A stretch of DNA of 50,930 nt from Clostridioides phage phiCD27. Made by a program: the position numbers and the translations under genes. Where the stretch lies: the sequence record EU719189.1; one strand, written 5' to 3'. The notes under the pieces are model-generated. The model saw only the letters and a program-made list of their open reading frames with translations. It was not told where the DNA came from and did no database searches. This document shows, in pieces, positions 21,121-30,968 of this stretch; the stretch's first letter is position 1, and each line of letters starts with the position of its first letter.

Positions 21121-21887
21121 TAACTTCTAAAAAAGGTAGAGAAATGCTTCTAACATTATCTCCTATCTATGAACAATCTATCATAATGCAAAGCTTATAT
21201 GAAGCTATAGGAAGCGAATTTGATAATCTAGAGTTATTGGATGAAGAAATAGAATTACAATTATTCCCTCAGAGCGCAACATGGGGACTTGAATTTTGGG
21301 AAAATAGGGTAGGTTTATATACTAATATAGATGAAGATATAGAAGCTAGAAGAAGAAAGGTCATTGCTAAGCTTCAAATGAAATATATTGTTAACCCTGA
21401 CAGATTAGCAACTATAATAAAAAGCTATACTGGTGCAGACGTATATATAAAAGAAAATATAGCTCCATACGTTTTTAAAGTAACTGCTAATGTAGATGAT
21501 GTTATTAATTATGAAGATTTTAAATATATAACAAATAAAACTAAACCAAGTCATCTTCATTGGATGCCTTCTTTTGCACTCAAATTTACAGATATAGAAA
21601 AATTTGAGGTAAAGATGATTAATCGAATATTTATAGATTTTAGAGGGAATATAAGTAATTTCTTAGATGGTATGTGGTTATTAAATGGTAGTAAAAACTT
21701 AAGTGCTTATATACTTTATAATGAGCCAATAAGCTTAAACATGAAAAATAAGTTATTTGTAAAAGAAAGTGAAGTATTTACAAATCTTAAAGTAATAATT
21801 AAAAAGAATTTATATTACCTAAATGGGATAGAAATGCTAAATGGAAATAAACTGCTTAATGCAGAATTAAGAGAGGAAGTGTTATAA
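21117..21887 (+). CDS. tail protein (XkdU-like)
   Basis: 256 aa, start overlapping the baseplate J stop. PBSX-like order. Confidence 0.55.
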   Translation: MITSKKGREMLLTLSPIYEQSIIMQSLYEAIGSEFDNLELLDEEIELQLFPQSATWGLEFWENRVGLYTNIDEDIEARRRKVIAKLQMKYIVNPDRLATIIKSYTGADVYIKENIAPYVFKVTANVDDVINYEDFKYITNKTKPSHLHWMPSFALKFTDIEKFEVKMINRIFIDFRGNISNFLDGMWLLNGSKNLSAYILYNEPISLNMKNKLFVKESEVFTNLKVIIKKNLYYLNGIEMLNGNKLLNAELREEVL

Positions 21888-22268
21888 GTGGCAAATGCAG
21901 TAACAACAGACATTGCAAGACAAAAAATGTGTAAAGCTAGAGCAGGTGATATAACATTGCCTACTATAGTTGGTATGGTGTTTGGAGATGGGGGGGTTGG
22001 GAATGATGGAACTATAATAGCTCCACTTTCAAGTGATACAGCGTTAAAAAATGAAGTGTTTAGGAAAGATATAGAAAATTATGTATATCCAATCCCAACT
22101 ACTTGCAGATATTCAACTACTCTATTAAAAAATGAAGCAGAAGGAAAAAATATAAATGAAATAGGTTTAATAGATTCGGATGGTGACTTAATAGCAATAA
22201 AAACTTTTGGAAATAAGTATAAAGACAGTGATATGGAAATGGTTTTTCAGATAGATGACGAGTTCTAG
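21888..22268 (+). CDS. tail fibre-associated small protein
   Basis: 126 aa, first gene of the fibre block. Confidence 0.35.
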   Translation: MANAVTTDIARQKMCKARAGDITLPTIVGMVFGDGGVGNDGTIIAPLSSDTALKNEVFRKDIENYVYPIPTTCRYSTTLLKNEAEGKNINEIGLIDSDGDLIAIKTFGNKYKDSDMEMVFQIDDEF

Positions 22269-22279
22269 GAGGTGAATAA

Positions 22280-22897
22280 ATGCCTAATGAATTAAATTTT
22301 AATAATGAAATAGAAGAATATTTAATAACTACACCAGCTCATGCGAATGAGTTTAATAATCGACAACAAAAATTGTTAGACAATGATAAATATTTAAATA
22401 ATAAAATTGATACAACTAAAACAGAGTTAAACACTAGAATTGACACAGAAAATGAGAAACAAAATATTAAAATTGACCAATTAATTGCAGGTGGTTCAAA
22501 TGTTGCATACACTCAAAGGGTCGCAATTGATGATTGGGTGGAGGATGCAGAAAATGGATTCAAAGCAACTGTAACACATAGTTTGTTAACACAGAGAATA
22601 GTTGTAAATATTATAGATGCTACTACAAAAGAAAATGTAGTTACAAACTTTAAAATTATAGATGATAATTCTATAGAAATTAGAAGTGAAACAAGGTCAG
22701 AATTAAACGTTTATGTGATAAATGGAAATGCAGAAACTCATTTTATTAATGCAACTGTAGATGATAACAGAGTATCTGAAATGACTACTTATTCATCTAA
22801 GAAAATAGAGGACAGATTGGTTAATATAGAAGAAAAGGTAAATGGTGGTTTATCTAATATTGCAACAAGTGTAAATGAGTTGATAACTTATTGTTAG
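22280..22897 (+). CDS. tail fibre protein (coiled-coil N-terminus)
   Basis: 205 aa, RBS AGGAGGTGA, N/K-rich helical N-terminus. Confidence 0.4.
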   Translation: MPNELNFNNEIEEYLITTPAHANEFNNRQQKLLDNDKYLNNKIDTTKTELNTRIDTENEKQNIKIDQLIAGGSNVAYTQRVAIDDWVEDAENGFKATVTHSLLTQRIVVNIIDATTKENVVTNFKIIDDNSIEIRSETRSELNVYVINGNAETHFINATVDDNRVSEMTTYSSKKIEDRLVNIEEKVNGGLSNIATSVNELITYC

Positions 22898-22913
22898 AGA
22901 GGAGAGTGAGAAA

Positions 22914-24647
22914 ATGCAGACTGAATGGAATTTTAATTATGCTAATTATGTACAAAATGTTTCATTGCCACCTGGGCGATATAAATTAGAATGTTGGGGT
23001 GCTTGTGGTGGTGCTGTCGATACAAGCGATTGGACTGATTGTGCAAAAGGTGGTTATTCAAAAGGTGAGATTGTATTTAAAAAAAGAACTAATCTACAAA
23101 TTTGTGTCGGTCAATCTGGTTATGAGAAAGTTTCTGAAGGTTCAAGCCTTACTAGAAGTGGTTTTAACGGTGCAGGCGCTGCTGGCAAAGTTACTACTGG
23201 TAGCTTTGCTTATTCTAAATACGGTGGTGGAGCAACTGATATAAGACTTTATCATCCTAGTGCAACTTGGGGTAACACTGAAAGTTTGCTTTCACGCATA
23301 CTTGTTGCAGGCGGTGGAGGAGGTATGAAAAATAATTTTGCTTCTGCTCGTTCTATTGGTCATGGTGGTGGTTATGTAGGTGTTAATGGAGTTGGTCGTG
23401 ACAGAGATTTTTGTGGCGGTGGTTCTCAATACCAAGGTGGAACAAGTTACGACACAGAAGAATACCATGGTTCATTAGGAAAAGGAGGTTATGGTAACAT
23501 AGGAATAGGTGGTGGAGGGGGTTGGTACGGTGGTGCTGGTTCTTATTCTAATGAATGTGGAGGTGGTGGAAGTGGTTACGCACTAAATAAAGATAGTTAT
23601 AAGGCACCCGGATATATACCAACACCTGAATATTATCTTGAAAATATAGTCATGACTACTGGAGGTAATACTACTAAAGCAGATGGTTATGCTAAAATAA
23701 CATTACTACAAGCATTACCATTTTTAACAGTATCTTCTTATAATTCCATTACAGCTACATTTAAAGCTGACCACACAGACCCTACATTGCTTACAAAAAT
23801 AGAATATTTTATAGATGATGTGTTAAAAGAAACTATAACAACCGATTTAACTCTTGAAAAAACAATTAACTATACATTAGAAGATAATGCACTACACACA
23901 CTTAAGATAGTTGTTACAGACAGTAATAATGCTACAGCAGAAAAAGTGTTAAGTCTAAGTAAGAATATAATGCCACTGCCCGAAAATGTAAATTTGCAAG
24001 ATATATCTTCTAAACTAATTGAAGTTAACGCAGGATTTAAAACTGGTAAAACAAGTATTATAAATACTTTAGCATTAAAGAATATAGAAGCAAGTTTAAA
24101 TAATACACTTGTTGAGTTGTCAGAGAAAATAAAAACAGGTTTTGATAGTTCAGATGCTAGTGTACAGGATTTGATGAATCAGTTAACACAAGCTAATAAT
24201 ACCATAACACAGTTAAATTCTCAATTTAAAGTAGCAGGTGGTACTTCTGTTGCACAAAGAAGCGACGGAACTAAAATTGCTTATGAGTATAAAAGGTCTA
24301 CAACTTCTAAATTTGGTGGATGGCTCAAAATTAATGGTTTAGCTTTTAAACCTAATATTTTTGTAGCTGACTGCGAATATTATGACAGCGATTATAGAGT
24401 TGACTATAAATTTTTTACATTTGCTTGTTGTGGTTTTACTACAAGTGGTAAACAAGATTTTGTTGCTGTAGCAATTTATAGTCGCTCAAGTGGTAGCGAT
24501 AAATATACTGGTGATGGTTTTATTTATAACAATAATGAAGGGGATGTATGGTTTAATGCTAATGGCGTTCAAGTTCCTGCTTATTTACCAGGTGGTAGTG
24601 AAAGTTTTACTTATGCTTGGAGAGCTGTTAAATTTATGAATACTTAA
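22914..24647 (+). CDS. glycine-rich tail fibre protein
   Basis: 577 aa. Central 200 aa is highly Gly-rich (GGGGG, GYGN, GGxG repeats), typical of C. difficile myophage fibre proteins. Confidence 0.6.
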   Translation: MQTEWNFNYANYVQNVSLPPGRYKLECWGACGGAVDTSDWTDCAKGGYSKGEIVFKKRTNLQICVGQSGYEKVSEGSSLTRSGFNGAGAAGKVTTGSFAYSKYGGGATDIRLYHPSATWGNTESLLSRILVAGGGGGMKNNFASARSIGHGGGYVGVNGVGRDRDFCGGGSQYQGGTSYDTEEYHGSLGKGGYGNIGIGGGGGWYGGAGSYSNECGGGGSGYALNKDSYKAPGYIPTPEYYLENIVMTTGGNTTKADGYAKITLLQALPFLTVSSYNSITATFKADHTDPTLLTKIEYFIDDVLKETITTDLTLEKTINYTLEDNALHTLKIVVTDSNNATAEKVLSLSKNIMPLPENVNLQDISSKLIEVNAGFKTGKTSIINTLALKNIEASLNNTLVELSEKIKTGFDSSDASVQDLMNQLTQANNTITQLNSQFKVAGGTSVAQRSDGTKIAYEYKRSTTSKFGGWLKINGLAFKPNIFVADCEYYDSDYRVDYKFFTFACCGFTTSGKQDFVAVAIYSRSSGSDKYTGDGFIYNNNEGDVWFNANGVQVPAYLPGGSESFTYAWRAVKFMNT

Positions 24648-24660
24648 TAGAGGTGATAAA

Positions 24661-24957
24661 GTGGATAGAGCAAATAGAATTATATGTGACCAAACAGGTA
24701 AAATACTCTTGCAAACAGGAGAAGCAACAGGGGATGTATTACCACACAATAAAATAACTGAATTACATTATATTGATATTCCATATGGAAGTATAGATTA
24801 TATTAAAAATAGAATTGTAGGTATAAATATAGAAACAAAACAGCCAATTTTGGAAGAAATACCAGTATATGTAAGTGAAGCAGAAAAAGAAAAACAAGAG
24901 TTAGAAAATCAATTACTTTTATTGACAAATCAAGAAATCGGAGGAGGAATTTTATAA
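24661..24957 (+). CDS. hypothetical tail protein
   Basis: 98 aa, RBS AGAGGTGA. Confidence 0.4.
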   Translation: MDRANRIICDQTGKILLQTGEATGDVLPHNKITELHYIDIPYGSIDYIKNRIVGINIETKQPILEEIPVYVSEAEKEKQELENQLLLLTNQEIGGGIL

Positions 24958-25139
24958 TGAATATAAATAATGTTGTGGTAAGAATATTAGCAGAAAGAAT
25001 ATTAAATGGAGGGTTAAACCCTTTGAAAAATAGAGAGTTTCAACTTGATGATGTAACTAACACAGAATACAGAAAAGCAGTAGAGGATTATATTATAAAA
25101 AATAGTGGAGTAGTAGAAGGAATAGAACCAACAGCGTAG
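24957..25139 (+). CDS. hypothetical small tail protein
   Basis: 60 aa, overlapping start. Followed by a hairpin plus T8. Confidence 0.35.
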   Translation: MNINNVVVRILAERILNGGLNPLKNREFQLDDVTNTEYRKAVEDYIIKNSGVVEGIEPTA

Positions 25140-25154
25140 TAGGTTCTTTTTTTT
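25125..25154 (+). terminator. putative intrinsic terminator
   Basis: GAACC ... GGTTC stem followed by TTTTTTTT. Confidence 0.45.
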
Positions 25155-25173
25155 ATTGAAAGAAGGTGACTAA

Positions 25174-26406
25174 ATGACTTTTAAAGAGTTAGTTAATAAA
25201 GTTAGAAATCTTGTATTAGAAGCAAAGAATGTAACTATAGAAGATACAGAGAATAATTTTACAAGTGATAATGTAGAAGGAGCATTAAAAGAGGTTTTTC
25301 AAAGTGGAGTTAATGCTAAAAATAATGTAGTAACAGCATTAAACTCCAAAGGTGCAGAGGTTACTACAAGCGATACATGGGAAGAAATAAAGAATAAAAT
25401 TGATATAAAAGAGGGGCGATTAGATTTAAGAGAAACAACACTTTCAAATAACTATCCGTATTTAGTTACAAATGGAGCTATAAAATATATTGAAAGATGT
25501 AGTGGGAACTTCAAAACTTTTGAATATGAAGAACCATATTTTTATGTAATTAAAGAAACTCATCTAATTAAAATTAATGCTATTGATGAAACAGTAGTTT
25601 TTGACATTACTTTAGCTAATGCTAACTTCTCATGTATCTGTGTTACACAAGAGTATTTATTTATATCTGACAATACTAAATTATATAAAATAAATAAGAC
25701 AACAGGAATTGAAGTGCAGTCAATAGAAGGTGCTTATTATAAGTTATGTACTTATGGGGAATTTATTTATGGAGTATATGGAGATGAGACTTCTTCTACA
25801 CTTCATAAAATTAGAATATCTGATATGTATATAATGTTAACTAAAAATTTAGTTTCTAATGGTATTTACAATTTTAAAGGAGGTAAGTTTGTTTGCAATA
25901 AGAATGCTATTTATGCTACAACAGAACACTCAAATTCAAGTAGTATTACAACATGTCATTTATCTAAAATAAATTTTGATTTTGCCATTGCTAAAGATTT
26001 TAGAATTGGAGGATATTTGCATATGAAAAACATTAAGTTTTTAAATGATTTTGTTATTGCATCTGATGCAGAAAGAGGTATAGAAATTGATAGCAACAAA
26101 AAAAGTGCTTTAGTAAAATATGACGCAAATTTAAATTTAATTGTGTATTCAGACGATAGCAAATATGACAATTTTGATATATATAATGGATATATATATG
26201 CTATATATTCGCTTTCTAGTAGTCCTTTTGTAAAAATAAGTTTAAATACTCTTAAACGTATCGACAGCTACCGAAAACTTACTGAAACATACCCAAGTGC
26301 TGGTATGTTTGTAATAAATGATATAGTTTTCTTTATTAGTAGTGGAATTTTTAGAAATATATTGTCAAAAAAGGTTTATTCGGATGAGAAAGGAGAATCA
26401 TTATGA
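25174..26406 (+). CDS. putative distal tail fibre / receptor-binding protein
   Basis: 410 aa, last large gene of the tail block, RBS GAAGGTGA. Confidence 0.4.
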   Translation: MTFKELVNKVRNLVLEAKNVTIEDTENNFTSDNVEGALKEVFQSGVNAKNNVVTALNSKGAEVTTSDTWEEIKNKIDIKEGRLDLRETTLSNNYPYLVTNGAIKYIERCSGNFKTFEYEEPYFYVIKETHLIKINAIDETVVFDITLANANFSCICVTQEYLFISDNTKLYKINKTTGIEVQSIEGAYYKLCTYGEFIYGVYGDETSSTLHKIRISDMYIMLTKNLVSNGIYNFKGGKFVCNKNAIYATTEHSNSSSITTCHLSKINFDFAIAKDFRIGGYLHMKNIKFLNDFVIASDAERGIEIDSNKKSALVKYDANLNLIVYSDDSKYDNFDIYNGYIYAIYSLSSSPFVKISLNTLKRIDSYRKLTETYPSAGMFVINDIVFFISSGIFRNILSKKVYSDEKGESL

Positions 26407-26702
26407 TTTATTTAGGAAATTTAATGGATACAGAAGAACAAAATATAAAATATGTTGGTATGATACACTATGAACCAAATTTGTTATCGGAGGAAAACTT
26501 AAAACAAGGTATTTTGATAGAGGAATTACCAACACCAAAATACACAGAAAATAAAGAAACAAAGTTATTTATAAATATAGATACTAAAGAGGTTTTCTAT
26601 AGATATACAGATATTAAAAGTAGCATAGAAGACAAAGTAAATTCTACAGAACAAACAATAGCAGATTTAACATTTCAATTAATGTCAAATGGGGTGATAT
26701 AA
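26403..26702 (+). CDS. hypothetical protein
   Basis: 99 aa, overlapping start. Confidence 0.4.
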   Translation: MIYLGNLMDTEEQNIKYVGMIHYEPNLLSEENLKQGILIEELPTPKYTENKETKLFINIDTKEVFYRYTDIKSSIEDKVNSTEQTIADLTFQLMSNGVI

Positions 26703-26840
26703 ATGAATTGGTACAAGATAATAACAGATTTCTATAATAATGGTAATTGGACTAAAGAGCAAGTTAAAACGGCAGTAGAAAAGAATAAGATAACAGCAAG
26801 TGAATATAAAGAAATTGTAGGAGAGGACTATATAGCATAG
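26703..26840 (+). CDS. XkdX-family small phage protein
   Basis: 45-aa ORF below the ORF-track cutoff: MNWYKIITDFYNNGNWTKEQVKTAVEKNKITASEYKEIVGEDYIA. It matches the XkdX family pattern (W-Y, TKEQV, KITAEEYxEITGE) and position. Confidence 0.6.
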   Translation: MNWYKIITDFYNNGNWTKEQVKTAVEKNKITASEYKEIVGEDYIA

Positions 26841-26848
26841 TCTTTTTT
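26821..26848 (+). terminator. putative intrinsic terminator before lysis cassette
   Basis: GACTA-tatagca-TAGTC hairpin followed by TTTTTT. Confidence 0.45.
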
Positions 26849-26871
26849 AATTCAAAAATTAGGAGGTTTTC

Positions 26872-27102
26872 ATGAATGAAGAACTTTTCGAAGCAGATTT
26901 AAAAAGACATGAAACAAGAATAAATAAACATGGAGAAGAAATAGACGAATTAAAAATAGCAAATATAGAGTCTAAAGCAGAGTTAAAAGCATTGTGTGAG
27001 AATCTAAACTCACTTACAAGTATGCTCAAATGGCTAATTGGTACAATGATTACAACACTTGTAGGGTTCTTTATATTTGCAGTTCAAAGAGGAATATTTT
27101 AA
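26872..27102 (+). CDS. XhlA-like hemolysin/lysis accessory protein
   Basis: 76 aa, coiled-coil N-terminus and single C-terminal TM helix (WLIGTMITTLVGFFIFAV). RBS AGGAGG. Confidence 0.65.
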   Translation: MNEELFEADLKRHETRINKHGEEIDELKIANIESKAELKALCENLNSLTSMLKWLIGTMITTLVGFFIFAVQRGIF

Positions 27103-27121
27103 TTAATTAGGAGGATAAGAG

Positions 27122-27379
27122 ATGGATAATTTAATAAGTTTTATACCAGAGCAGTTGCTAATTTTAGTAGCTGCTCTCTCTATTATAGGTAAGGGCTGTA
27201 AGAAGTATAAGCAACTAGATAACAAATATATTCCAGTAGTGTTATTAATACTTGGTATAGGATTTTCTATTTGGATGTTAGGACTAAGTCCTGTTGCAGT
27301 CTTACAAGGCGTGATTTGTTGGGGTATATCAATAGGTATAAACCAAACTTACAAACAGTTGAAGGAGGAAAATAAATAA
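27122..27379 (+). CDS. holin
   Basis: 85 aa with two TM helices and a charged C-terminus. RBS AGGAGGA. Immediately upstream of, and overlapping, the endolysin. Confidence 0.75.
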   Translation: MDNLISFIPEQLLILVAALSIIGKGCKKYKQLDNKYIPVVLLILGIGFSIWMLGLSPVAVLQGVICWGISIGINQTYKQLKEENK

Positions 27380-28191
27380 TGAAAATATGTATAACAGTAG
27401 GACACAGTATTTTAAAAAGTGGAGCATGTACTTCTGCTGATGGAGTAGTTAACGAGTATCAATACAACAAATCTCTTGCACCAGTATTAGCAGATACATT
27501 TAGAAAAGAAGGGCATAAGGTAGATGTAATAATATGCCCAGAAAAGCAGTTTAAAACTAAGAATGAAGAAAAGTCTTATAAAATACCTAGAGTTAATAGT
27601 GGAGGATATGATTTACTTATAGAGTTACATTTAAATGCAAGTAACGGTCAAGGTAAAGGTTCAGAAGTCCTATATTATAGTAATAAAGGCTTAGAGTATG
27701 CAACTAGAATATGTGATAAACTAGGTACAGTATTTAAAAATAGAGGTGCTAAATTAGATAAAAGATTATATATCTTAAATAGTTCAAAGCCTACAGCAGT
27801 ATTAATTGAAAGTTTCTTCTGTGATAATAAAGAAGATTATGATAAAGCTAAGAAACTAGGTCATGAAGGTATTGCTAAGTTAATTGTAGAAGGTGTATTA
27901 AATAAAAATATAAATAATGAGGGAGTTAAACAGATGTACAAACATACAATTGTTTATGATGGAGAAGTTGACAAAATCTCTGCAACTGTAGTTGGTTGGG
28001 GTTATAATGATGGGAAAATACTGATATGTGATATAAAAGATTACGTGCCAGGTCAGACGCAAAATCTTTATGTTGTAGGAGGTGGCGCATGTGAAAAGAT
28101 AAGTTCTATTACTAAAGAAAAATTTATTATGATAAAAGGTAATGATAGATTTGATACACTTTATAAAGCATTGGATTTTATTAATAGATAG
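27379..28191 (+). CDS. endolysin, N-acetylmuramoyl-L-alanine amidase (Amidase_3; CD27L-like)
   Basis: 270 aa. N-terminal MKICITVGHS...ELHLNAS amidase_3 catalytic motifs and a C-terminal cell-wall-binding domain. From memory this closely resembles the C. difficile phage phiCD27 endolysin CD27L. Confidence 0.9.
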   Translation: MKICITVGHSILKSGACTSADGVVNEYQYNKSLAPVLADTFRKEGHKVDVIICPEKQFKTKNEEKSYKIPRVNSGGYDLLIELHLNASNGQGKGSEVLYYSNKGLEYATRICDKLGTVFKNRGAKLDKRLYILNSSKPTAVLIESFFCDNKEDYDKAKKLGHEGIAKLIVEGVLNKNINNEGVKQMYKHTIVYDGEVDKISATVVGWGYNDGKILICDIKDYVPGQTQNLYVVGGGACEKISSITKEKFIMIKGNDRFDTLYKALDFINR

Positions 28192-28286
28192 ATAAAAGTT
28201 ATCAACTAGAAGTGGTTGTTTGTTGTGATAACTCTATTATTGTAATATAATGTAAATATATTATTGTGATAATGGAGGATTTATGT

Positions 28287-28634
28287 ATGGATGCATTGGT
28301 TTATGAGAGATTTGTAAGAGCAGCTTTTAGTATTAAACTTAATAACTTGATTAATAGAAGCGAAGATTTAGGTGGATTGGCTGAAGCTGATATCTTTAGA
28401 GCAGCAAATAATTTACATGAATTAAATGAGATAAAAATAGGTACTGGGTATGCTATTGCAATATTTAATAATGAGATATTAGAGTCTTGTAATGTTTCTG
28501 ATAATGATAGCAATAGAATGATTGAACTATTTGATAGAAGTTTAATTGCAACTTCTAGGGAGGAAATATTGGATATTATAAGAGAATATGAAACTTATAG
28601 AGGACGATATCTTACTTTTAATTGGAAGAGATAG
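28287..28634 (+). CDS. hypothetical protein (accessory region)
   Basis: Start reassigned to ATG 28287 (MDALVYERF...), which has RBS GGAGGA 7 nt upstream. The ORF-track start at 28266 has no RBS. Confidence 0.45.
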   Translation: MDALVYERFVRAAFSIKLNNLINRSEDLGGLAEADIFRAANNLHELNEIKIGTGYAIAIFNNEILESCNVSDNDSNRMIELFDRSLIATSREEILDIIREYETYRGRYLTFNWKR

Positions 28635-28799
28635 AATGTTTAAGTTAGGAAGTAGTAATTATAGTTAGTTATTACTTTCTTTCACATATTTTTATTATTT
28701 CAATAAGATTATTTCCAAATAATAATTTATTCAATGATAATAAGTAGAAAATAAAATTTTGAATCAATATAAAATTTAATGAAATGAGGTAGTAAAATC

Positions 28800-29318
28800 A
28801 TGGATAAAAAAATAGACATAGCGAAGTTTATAGTAAATAGAATTGATTACTATATTGAAAAATCAGATAATAAAGCTAGTTTTTTACTATTATTAAATAG
28901 TGCAATTATAGGTTTTTTATTTTCAGGGAAGGAAAAAATAATGAATCACTTAAGTATAAGTAATATCAGATGTTTAGAGATGCTATTTTACATTGTTATA
29001 TTATGTATATTTGTTATTTCAATTTATTTTTCGATTATGGTTTTAAAGCCAAGGAATTCTAAAATAGAAAATGAATATAAATCTATTTTTTATTATAAAG
29101 AGATAGCATCTTTAAATAATGAACAGTACAAAGAAGCATTTGAAAATGCATTTAAAGACGAAGAAAACTTGATTAATGATGCACTTGTTCAAATAAAAGA
29201 ATTATCTTTAATCTGTGATAAGAAAATGTATAATGTAAAAAAGTCAGTAGAAGCTTTTATTTTAGGTGGTATTATATTGTTTATATATATACTTGTAGTA
29301 GTTTTTAATGCTATTTAG
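28800..29318 (+). CDS. small 3-TM membrane protein (SLATT/DUF4231-like candidate effector)
   Basis: 172 aa. N-terminal amphipathic helix (IDIAKFIVNRIDYYIEKSDNKASF), then TM1 (LLLLNSAIIGFLFS), TM2 (MLFYIVILCIFVISIYFSIMVL), a helical stretch and a C-terminal TM (AFILGGIILFIYILVVVFNAI). RBS GAGGTAG. Confidence 0.45.
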   Translation: MDKKIDIAKFIVNRIDYYIEKSDNKASFLLLLNSAIIGFLFSGKEKIMNHLSISNIRCLEMLFYIVILCIFVISIYFSIMVLKPRNSKIENEYKSIFYYKEIASLNNEQYKEAFENAFKDEENLINDALVQIKELSLICDKKMYNVKKSVEAFILGGIILFIYILVVVFNAI

Positions 29319-29381
29319 AAAATGTTTTATTTGGTTAGTATTCCTCTATGAAGATAGAATCAAATCATAGAAGAATACTAT

Positions 29382-30968
29382 TTACATATTTGTAGATTCT
29401 TGTAATTGATTTTCATTTAATTTTTTAAATGCTAGTTTTAAAGTTTCTTTAAAATCAGGTACTGTGTTTTCATTAAAATCTTCAAGTTCATCCTCTCCTA
29501 TCCATGCAAGTTCATTATGTTTTGATGTGGGTTCAAATTTAGAAATATCATAATCATTTATTATTTCTGCGAGAGTTATAATGCCTTTGTGTAAACCATC
29601 ACTTTTTTTAACTTGATAAATTGCTAGAGGTATAGGTTGGCAATCATCTTTTCTTGTGCAATCAGTAATAGGTTCAATGTTTATATTAAAATCTTTTTCA
29701 TATTCATCTTTAATAGTATTTATAATTGAAGTTTCTAGACTTGCCTTAGCACAACCAAATTCCCATTTACTCGCATTATTATTTCTATTATCACTTCTTT
29801 TCGCAATTAATATTTTTGAAGTTGATTTATTATAACAAACCGCAACACAGTGTAATTCCATTAAATCTACTTTTATATAGTCTTTATCTATTGTATTTTT
29901 ATCATAACTGGGGTTTGTTTTAGAAATTACGTCACCTATTTTTTCAATCTTATCACTAAGGTTTCTGTCTATAAGTATTTTATCCAAAGCCTTGTCTACA
30001 GAATTAAACATAAAAGAATCAATTAGTAATTTACTTTCTCCTTTTTTATTAAAAAAATATTCTCGAACCAATTCATTTTCTTCTATTTCATCAAAAGAAA
30101 AACTATCATCAAATTCTATATCATTATTTTTTCCTTTATTATGATACCAAATGATAGGGTATAGTTTATCTTTCCAGATACCCTTTAATTTTTTATATGT
30201 AATTATATGTAATTTAGATAAAATATCAGTTTTTCTTGATAATATATAAGCTAGTTCAAAACTAAGAACAAGTCTTTCTGGGCATGTTTGCTTTGATATT
30301 CTGAAACCAGCATCAATATCATTTCCTAAGAACTCAAATATTTTATAATTATTGGATAAATCGTACATAGCAGAAATATTTTCATATTGTTCATTATTTT
30401 CTAAAGCATTAAAATTAGGATTTCTTGATACTATAGCAATCCAGGCCGCTCCTTTTAATGAAATAATATTTTGAAGTTTCATTAAGTATTTTTCAGATTC
30501 AGAAAATCCTTCTAGTGTAGAGAATATATTACCACTTTTTATATCTTTAGCAGTGCTTGTTAAAATATCAAAGATTATATCTATGTATTTATAAATTTCA
30601 TCATAATTTTTTAGTACGATAATGAAAATTACCTCATCACCAAGAACTCTCCAAAGTTGTGCTTTAAGGTTTTCATAAACTCTATATTGTAACTTACGAA
30701 TTATATGTGATAATACCTTAGCCCATCCGCTATAATTTATATTTTTATATAATGATGAATTAGCTATATCAAAAGAAAAGAACAAAATCACTTCTGGATG
30801 ATTAGGTTCTTTTTCTTTTTCATAAATATCAGTATTAATATTTTCTTGAAGTTTTTCCTTATACTTTTTAAGATTAAAAGCGTTTTCGTTTTTAGCTGAA
30901 TTATGAACATTATTTACATTTTGAGTTTTATATTCTTTATCATCTACCATTGTAAATATCCTAACCAT
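29382..30968 (-). CDS. Palm-domain (GGDEF / class III cyclase-like, degenerate) - Nudix-like fusion protein
   Basis: 528 aa. Residues about 55-250 show VILFFSFDIAN...KNINYSGWAKVLSHIIRKL...WRVLGDEVIFII...GNDIDAGFRISK, matching the DIDHFKxIND...GDxVL...RxGGDEFxxLL...GxxVNxAARLE pattern of the GGDEF/class III cyclase palm fold. DIA replaces DID and LGDEV replaces GGDEF. Residues about 400-520 (HCVAVCYNKSTSKILIAKRS...KWEFGCAKASLETSIINTIKDEYEKDFNI...ELAWIGEDELEDF) have Nudix-fold topology with a variant Nudix box. Confidence 0.5.
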   Translation of the reverse strand: MVRIFTMVDDKEYKTQNVNNVHNSAKNENAFNLKKYKEKLQENINTDIYEKEKEPNHPEVILFFSFDIANSSLYKNINYSGWAKVLSHIIRKLQYRVYENLKAQLWRVLGDEVIFIIVLKNYDEIYKYIDIIFDILTSTAKDIKSGNIFSTLEGFSESEKYLMKLQNIISLKGAAWIAIVSRNPNFNALENNEQYENISAMYDLSNNYKIFEFLGNDIDAGFRISKQTCPERLVLSFELAYILSRKTDILSKLHIITYKKLKGIWKDKLYPIIWYHNKGKNNDIEFDDSFSFDEIEENELVREYFFNKKGESKLLIDSFMFNSVDKALDKILIDRNLSDKIEKIGDVISKTNPSYDKNTIDKDYIKVDLMELHCVAVCYNKSTSKILIAKRSDNRNNNASKWEFGCAKASLETSIINTIKDEYEKDFNINIEPITDCTRKDDCQPIPLAIYQVKKSDGLHKGIITLAEIINDYDISKFEPTSKHNELAWIGEDELEDFNENTVPDFKETLKLAFKKLNENQLQESTNM

